From the IMG/VR virus record IMGVR_UViG_3300011989_000486, positions 4,313 through 68,312 of that record: DNA of 64,000 bases. The stretch is one strand, 5' to 3'. The stretch is from a virus (Duplodnaviria; Caudoviricetes). Shown here piece by piece: positions 37,001 through 46,000 of this stretch (its first letter is position 1; each line of letters starts with the position of its first letter). The position numbers and the translations under genes are program-made. The notes beneath the pieces are model-generated. The model did not search any database. It worked only from the letters and a program-made list of their open reading frames with translations, and had not been told where the DNA came from.

Positions 37001-40000
37001 AAATTGCTCAGGAGTAAGTTCACCTATTACATGAGCAGCAGCTCTGGCTACATCTACATAGAACGGAGCTTTGATGTCTTTAAAGAAAGACAACATAGCC
37101 ACAGTCTGTGCAAACTCTTTAGGCTCACCAGTCTTGTAACCTAAGTTATGAATTGGTTTATAGAACCTGGTTAAAGCATTACTTGAATACTTGGCAAATT
37201 TATTTCCAATATCAATGTTTTTCTTCAGAGTATCTGTATCAAAATACTGGAAACGTTTTTGAACCAGGGTATCCAGATTGTTATACAAATCTGTTAAAGG
37301 GCCATTGGTTTCACTATCTGACGGCTCAGAGAATTTAGCATGATTGGTTCTGGTAAAGAATCCAAAATCAATTTCAGACTGCACTCCGGCTTCAGTATTC
37401 TCATCTACAGACTGTTCTGCTGTTTCAGTGGATTTAGCTGTTTTATTGTTTTTCTCTTCAATATAAAGGGTATTAGTGAGAGCTACGTTTGCCTGAACCA
37501 AGTCTCTGATCATGAGATTGCGTCTGTCAGTACCAAACAGTCTGCCAAAGAAATCCATAAGGAGATTCTTTAAAGACTCAATAATGCGACCAATCTTGGA
37601 AGCACTGGTTTTAGTTTCAGAGACTAGATTGTCTAACTCGCGGTTAAGCTTAGCATTATCAGTTAAGACATTCTTCAGACGTTTTAATTCCGCATTGCTC
37701 ATAGTACCGAAGCAAGCTAAAAACTCCTGAAGTGCCCCATTAGATTCATTTCCTCTATGCCCCTGACTTATATAGCTATATAGCTCAGGCATAGTGTCAC
37801 CGCAGGACTTGCTTATTGATGAGGGAAGCTCATTATCAACAAGCTGCTTTAATCTCTTGATGCGATTAACGGTGGCAAAGGCTACTTTATCATTATCATC
37901 AGTAAGCTGGTTCTTATCAGTAATACCCTCAAACTTATCTAAGTAGTGTTTAAGTGTTGACCAAGCAAGTGCGTGCATGATTTCATGAGGAATTACTTGC
38001 TCAGCAAGGATTCTCTCTTCTCTGGCACTGACTGCTGCTGCACCACTAGTAGGAACTATATAAATGCAATTTGTATTAGGTGAGTAAAACTCAACAGGAT
38101 CATTTTCATGACCAGGTTTACCCATCTGCATATACGTAGCTTGGATTTCTGAAGGAAGAGCATTAAGACCTTCCTTTTTAAAATCATGCCCAAAATCTTC
38201 AGCTACAACTTTGGCAAAAGCTTGTTTAGCTTTGCCATAAGTTGACCCAGTGATGACTTTTACCTTGGTCTTATCATTTAAGCCTTTTACTTTAAAATCA
38301 TGGAAGAAGGTTGACAGCATCCTGCTAACATGGTTTCTGTCATCATTAGAGCCTAAATTTAAGATCTTTTGTGCAGAATACTCCTTAACATTTTTGTTAT
38401 CTGCTTGTTCTTGATGCAAGTACTCTAAACCCTGAGTAGTCTCAGGTTCAACGTATTCACAACGTTTCTGAACCAGCTCAAGTAATTCTTTAAGAACTTT
38501 ACCGCGAGCTGCCTGAATCTCTGGATCGTTTACAGCAACAGGGTCTTTCTTAATAATTTCAGTTATCTCGCACAGTCTCTGGTACGGGCAGTGAGGCTTG
38601 TTAAAGACAGTCTTCCATAAAGCTTCTTCAGTGAATCTGCCAGACATCTTTAAATTCAGGCTGGTTAGCATGTCATGGAACTCTGCCTGATGCTCAATCG
38701 GATTAAACACAAACGGTTTATCGTTTGAAGCCATATGATCAAAGGTTCCACCCATAAGCCATTTAGCAGCCTGAATGTAGGAAATATTCCTGGCACACTC
38801 ACCCATATTCTGAGTAAGATTATTGAAATTACTAAAGAGTAATTCTTGGATATCCTGTGCAGTTAGCTGATCAACAGTCTTATAGGTATCAGCATCGTAA
38901 GTGATGTCTATATGGTTATTTTCATCAGGTTTACTCTGAGTAATTTCCGTAGTCATATTAGACATTAGGTTTAAATACTCTTTAAGTTCAGTGATGTATT
39001 GATCTTTTACTTCATCAGTAGATTGATACCCTTCAGGATAACTGCCTTTATTCCGACCAAAGTTAATAGTGAAACTAGAAGGATCAATTTTTTTATCTTT
39101 AAATAATTTTGCAAATCCATCGTAATAATTGCCATCTCCTACAAGCGTACAAAATCGCTGGAAGACAATTTTTTTGACTGCTTGTTTAACATGAAAAATG
39201 TCAGCTTGATTGCTATTAAAGCAATCATTTTCATAATAAACATAGCGATTAGGGTCTTTTTCCACAAAGTCCTTTATCTTAGCTGCTCTATCTGCAAATA
39301 ATTCGTTAATAGCGTCTTCATTCTCTGAATCTGACAGGCTTGCTACTTTGTCATTCCACTCAGCTGCACGAAGCTGTAAATAGCTATTTGTTAATGCATT
39401 AACAGGGGTTTCATTTTTTACAAAATCACTAAGATTCTGTTTCTCCATTTTTAAAACATTAACCATATTACTGGTGATATTTTTAAGCAGAGTTTTACCC
39501 TGTTCAGTAGCAAAATACTGTTGAATAGCTTTCAGCTTTTCCTGGAAAGAGATGAGATTGTTAGTCTGGTTTGTTCTCCACTGAATTTCATTGATAGATT
39601 CACCAGCTTCCTGTAACTGACCAACAGCAGCATTTAAACCATCAAAGATGAGGGTTACTGCATAGTGCAGTTTTTTCATAAACTCAGGATCGGTTAAAGC
39701 ATTAGTCATCATTGAGGCATCACCAGTAAGAATGGTGAGTAACGGAATAATAGCTACACCTGGGTTATCCAGAGTATTAAACTGAATTTCTTTAAGGTGT
39801 TTACCTCTGTATTTAATTTTATTAACATTATTGTCTTCGCTATAGTGTGTATACCTGGCAAAATGCTCAGGATTATTTAATGAACCACCTGCATCAACCT
39901 GTTTAGAGGTCTTAGAAGACGGAGCCAAAGGTAAAACACCAGTTTCAAAATCAACACGATTGGAAAGAGGATTGTCTTTGCTGTTAGGCTCACCAAGCCG

Positions 40001-43000
40001 TTTTTTAGCTGAGCCAGTGGTTTCAGTATACGGATCAAACTCATGACGATACTGAATACCTGCCAAGTTAATGAGAGTAGTCACTAACGAACTAAACGTT
40101 CTAATGGTGTTTTGGGTCTTAGCAACACCATCACCACGGACTACTTCACGCATAGCGTTGTAAATAGGCTTTCCATAAACAGTCTCAATAGCATCAACTA
40201 AGTGCTGAGCAAACGGGTCTTTTAAACTAAAGCCTAAAGGTGCAACTGTCCAAACGCGTGCTTTTTTCTCTTCTTTATTTGCAGTCTCATTAAGCTCTGC
40301 ATCTTTAGCAGCTTCATCGTTGTCTTTGAGCTGCTTAGCCATATATGCAGTACGCATATCAGGGCTCATGAAAGAAGCAATTGAGAACTTCTTAAAAGCG
40401 CGAGTGTTTTTACCTTTGCATTTGCATGGATAAGTCATTGCACCATAGTCATGCCCTGCGTAACGACCTTTAACCTGTAACGTAGGAGGGTCATCTTTGG
40501 TTTCACCCTGCCGCACTACCAGCTCGGTCTGCATGAGCATCTGCAAAGCAGCCATGTAGGCATTTAAATTGTCAAGATAGTCTTTATCAGACCATTCTTC
40601 AGTGCCTTTAAGACTTCCAAACATGGCTTTGGCACAGATAAGATCAAGCTCTTCGCCTTCAGGCATTTCATCAAATTTGCCTTCATATTTGGCTAAAGCT
40701 CTGCGAACCGCAGTGGCTTTTTGATGCATATCATTGATAATGCCATTGCAGTTTCTTGAACCAACAAGCAAGCCTGTGCAAATAGACCTAAGTCCTGCAT
40801 AGTAGCCACCCTTAGTTACAGGGTCTTTCATGAAGGTACGAGAGATTTTTTCCTGGAGCTCAGATATGGCATCTTTGGTCATACCTGAAAGTCTGAATAG
40901 GTCAGATAAAGCACCTAAGAAATTAAGCGGATCTTTAAAAGGATTTTTTCTAACATATTCAGGAGCATCTCTAAAAGGCTTAACAATATAACTGTTGTCA
41001 CTGGAAGAAGGATCTTTATAAGTAACAATATGGTTATTTCGGTTGTACCAGCCATTACCTTCTGTGCTGAATTGTGAGTTCATTGCATCAGAAGCTAATT
41101 TGCCAACTAACTCATAAAGGTCTCTGTTACCGTCAGTAAGCCCATCTTTTGAAATGCCAGCAGGATTGCCTGAGTAGTCTCCAAGACGTTGATTGCCTTT
41201 ATCAAGCAAAGAGATAAGAGTTTTACCGTCATCTACAAGCTGAACCGTATACAGGTACTGGGCATTAATAGGACCGTTAGTTGTACCGTCAGCTTCACAG
41301 TAAATACTGGTAGTAAACTCAGTCTGATTTTCCTGAATGGCTTTGACATAACGAGCCAAAGTCTCCATTGCATGAAGTCCCATAAAGCTCTTATCTACTT
41401 TGGAGAGGTCAATACCGTTTTCACCAAACTCTTCTTTACCATCAGTGGTAAAGAAATCATTAAGCTCTTTAAAGGCATTCTGCAAAGACTCAGCAGTAGT
41501 GCTGGCAGGCTTAGTAGCAAGAGCCATAACATTGGTATATCTTGCAGGGCTTGCAAGCATGTCCCGAACCAAGGCATTAAAGGCAGCACTGGTTTTTTCA
41601 AAGTCTTTCTTGTTAAGATGCCCGCCCATGTTCTGGATAATGGCTCTGGCTAAGTCATCCTTGGCTTTAGCATCAGACATGCTAAAAGTGTTCCAAGTAG
41701 GCAAGAAGATTTCACGGGTTACTTTACTGGTAACAGGACCACAGGCTTCAAGTTCCTGGATACGTCCTGCTTTTGTAAAGCCAATCTTGAAATGTTTGGC
41801 AATCTGAGAAACAGGAACACCTTGAGCAATAGCTTCATTTGCAATCTGCTGATACCAGACCTGACACTGCCTCATGGCAGTTCTGATACTTAGATTGACA
41901 CTTTCTTTGGAAGCACGGTCATCTGGATCCATATGCTCAGCATCATGAGTGTCTTCACCTAAGACAGACACCACACCGTCTTCACCGAGACCAATATTGA
42001 TAATTGCATACAACCCGGTATCGCACATGAACGGGATTTTTTCATATTCCTGAGCTGCATGACGCTGTTTCTCAGTAGTAGCAAGCTGAGTATGCAGAAT
42101 GTACTTAGGAGGATCACTAGGCTCAAATTCAGAGCCAACATACGAAACCCTGCCAATGTTATCTGCATTCTCATTCTGTAACAGGTAATCCAATCCAGCG
42201 GTATTCTCAAGTCGTTGTGTCGGGTTGAACAGAGCAGAATTTAAAGCAGACCTATCATAAGTAACCGACCAGACGGTAATACCATTACCAATAGCATCAA
42301 AGTCATGGCTTTCAATGATGTTTGCATCCTGTAACCCGCCAACAAGCACGTCTGCCATCAGGTTCTCAACTTGCTGGGCAGTAGCATACTCAACCTCATT
42401 GCTGAACCTAAGCCCCATAGACTTATGGATATCACCAATAAGGCTGTTATAGAGCTGAGTTTCAGTAGAACCCTGGCTTAACTGTTCAAGCAATGCCATG
42501 CCTTGGTTATTGCCATTACTGTCAATATAGTCATGGCGCAGCTCATATTCATCCATATCTAAGGACTGAGCCAGTCTGTCCCAGTTACCAGTATTGGCAA
42601 AGGTATGGTTGAAATGCGCCATACCATTAAGGAACAGGTTCATAGCGACATCTTCATCAATCACCAGCTTGGGTTCTTTTGCAGAAGTGTCAATATCGCA
42701 GAAAGCCAAGACAGGGAATGCTCTGAGTAACTGAGACATTTCACTGTTGGAAATCTCAGTACCAGTCTTAGCTGAATCAAGCAAGACTTTTAAAGCTTCT
42801 TTAAAAGTGATTCTGTTTTTAGCAGCTATCTCATAGAATGGAGAAGCATTATCTGAAGTCCTGAAAGGAGCTTTGTAGCCTTCATTTATAGTGCCTTCAA
42901 GCAGAGCATTGATACAGTTTTTAATCTTGTTAAAGTCACTGTTTTTGTTAGTAGTATCTAACGCCTTTAACAGTCTGATAGCATCAGAGCGTGAAAGATC

Positions 43001-46000
43001 TTTGGTTCCTGGATTGGCTTTAAAGATTGAGCTGTAAATTGCATTAAGTAACTGTCCTTTGGATTTAAAGCTTTCTTTCTGGAAACCAAAGAGAACTCTG
43101 CGAGATTTTCTGAGAGTGTTGATAACAACATTCCCAGAATCAGCCATGCTGCTGAGAGTTTCATCTTGTTTATGAGTTTTAAGGAACTCTTTGCCAGATG
43201 CTTCAATTTCAGCTCTTTGCCGTATGTACTCAAGACTATCTTTTGTAGACTTTTCATCAGTCTTCCCAACAAGCTTATTGAGCTGTTTATCCAAGCTCAT
43301 CAGCTTATGCGTTACAGAATCAAGTGCTTTAGTAATAGATGACTTGCCTGCATCTACAGCATTTAATGCACTCTGCGAATCTGAAACAAATGTGTTATTA
43401 GAAGTTTCAGCAGATACTTGAGCAAGATCAATTTGACGTAAAAGTGCAGGATAACCATTTTTATCGTCAGTAATATGGAGATATCTGTCTCCTGAATCAC
43501 CAGCAAACGGATCTACTGATTTCTGATTAGTAGTAAGTATTTTACGTAACGCATTTAACCGTTCAATTTTCTTATCAGGCGAGAGCCCAAGGTCATTGCT
43601 GATTTCAGAAATAAGATCTGAAGTAATAGCAGGAACATACTGAATTTCCTGAGCTTCTTGAACCTCAAGGACTTTAGTCAGTTTTTCAAAAGCTTTATCA
43701 CCAGCTTCTTCATTTTCGGCATTACGAACATCTTTCAACAGGTCTTGCTGAAGATCAGTCAGAGCTCTTGAGACTTTATCGTTGTATTTACCTTGCTTAG
43801 CAAGATCTGAAGCCAAAGTCAGGAAAGTAGTAAAACCTTCATCATCGTCAGGCTTAGGCAGCTTAATAGCAGCAGTATCATCATCATTGCCTTCAGTCTC
43901 AGGAGTATCCTCTGGCTCTTCTTCCTGATGCTCCATGAGCCACTGAGCATACTCTTCATCGGTTTCTTTAGGGTCGCCAGCTTTGAGCATACGCTCAGCT
44001 AACACTTCTCTGATGACAGTGCCATAGCTGAAGTGCTGGTTATATGTCTTACCGTTATAGATATAAGAATCTTTGTCATAAGTACCAGTATTCCAGTCAA
44101 CCAGGTTAATAGATGCATGTTCATTGAGATTATCAGCTAAGTTATCTATAAACGTACTGGCGTCACTAGAGACATTTAAAAATTCCCTATAGGCTTCTCT
44201 GAAGATTTTTAATCTGGCGTCTTTTTCAGAAATTACTTTACCGTTGTATAAGTACCCAGTAACAAAGTCCTTATCCTTATCGGCTAAGCTCTTTCTGTAA
44301 GCAAGGAGATCTTCTTTACTGGCATTAAACAGCTCAGGATTGCCTTTAGGATGGTCTTTAGTGCACTGCAAACCAAATACAATGCCCATAACTGAAGTGG
44401 CAGCTTTACCCTTCATTCCAGGAACATGTAAAGGCTCTTTGAGTTTGTATTTCTCTTCAGGGAACGGAGAAACAGGCAAACCAGTCTTAAAGTGCTCAGG
44501 AATGCCTTTTGAAAGCTTATTTCCACTAATATTGAACCAAAGTTGATGGGCAGCTTTTTTGGTGCGCCCATATCTCTCCATCTGTTTAATAGAGACTACT
44601 GATAAGTAACAATGGTTCTTAGCAAAAACAGCGTTTACCTCATCGTCATCAAGATAGCGACCTTTAGCTAAATCTTTTTTAGCAGTTTTATATTTATCGT
44701 TCCATTTACTGGTATTTACCGTGATTTGCTTTTTAACAGTTTCAGGCTGCTTAGCAGGTTCTTTACCTTTATTTGAATCAGGTTCTTTGGACTCTCCAGC
44801 TAAATCACTAGCAGAAATAGTCCCATGGTCTTTATCCTCTGAACCAGAGTCCTCATCTCCTTCTTCATCATCTTCAAGCTCAAAGCTTTCTTCACCATTC
44901 TGAGGAGCTTTGGTATCCGAGCCAGATTCAGGCTCTTTTCCTTTTGCACCTTCTTCGTCAGTGTGTACAGGACCTGAGACAGAGCCTATATTGTTCTCAG
45001 GACTTTCAGGAGCTTTAGTTCCTTCTTTAGAACCTTCTTTGGATTCACCTTTAGGCTCATCTTTAGATGAAGATGAAGGCGGAGTAGCAGTATCATCATC
45101 TTCGCCATCATCAAGCTCAAAATCATCTGGACTGTAGTCTTTACCCTCGTCTTCGTCTTCGTCAGATTCTTTTCTGTTATTTATATATGATGCGTACTCA
45201 GATTCAATGTAGTCTCTGCTGGTAAAAGGATCTGCTTCAGAATCATATTCATCTACATTAATATCGCAGTCACCTTGTCCTAAATCTCTGGCTTGCTTTA
45301 AGAAGGCTTTGTACAGAACCTTAAAGCCGTCAATTTCATCAGCTATATATTTAGCCAGATCAATACGCCCAGCATAAATACCAGGCTCTACCTTAACAAA
45401 CTCCTGTTTTTTGGAATTCCAAGCGTTATAAGGGATACATTTAGCAGCTACTTCAGCTTTAGTCGGATATCTGCCAGTACGCAGCTTAAAAGCTTCAACG
45501 CGGTTAGTGTAATCTCTCTTAGATTCACCAAATTTTTTAAGTTTATTTTGAAGTGTCTGAATGAACCTAGCAGTCTGGTATAAGACAGCACTGCGCTCTT
45601 CGTTGGTTTTTGCAGAGTTGTACTTAGTAACAAGTGAGTGCATGGAGACTTTGTTAGAGTCATTCCCAACAAAGCCGCTATTAATTTCTTCAGCTACCTG
45701 TTCAAGAGTTTTATGCCTACCTTTCTGACCCTTTTTCTGATTAATGATCTTGTTATCTTTAGCAATTTCAGCATTAATTTGCTGCTGTTTCTGCTCAGCA
45801 TGATTAATACGAGACTGGAATAAGACAGTAGACTCAATGTCCTTCTGAAGGTTGTCATACTGGTCTTTATTCTGACCGTTTTCTTTGTACTGTTTAATCA
45901 GCTCTTCAGCTTTACTTAACTGCTCAGGAGTAGCCTGGTTACGCCAAATCAGATGTTTATAAGCATCAAGCACTGCGCCTGCTTGCTGTTCTTTTTCCTC

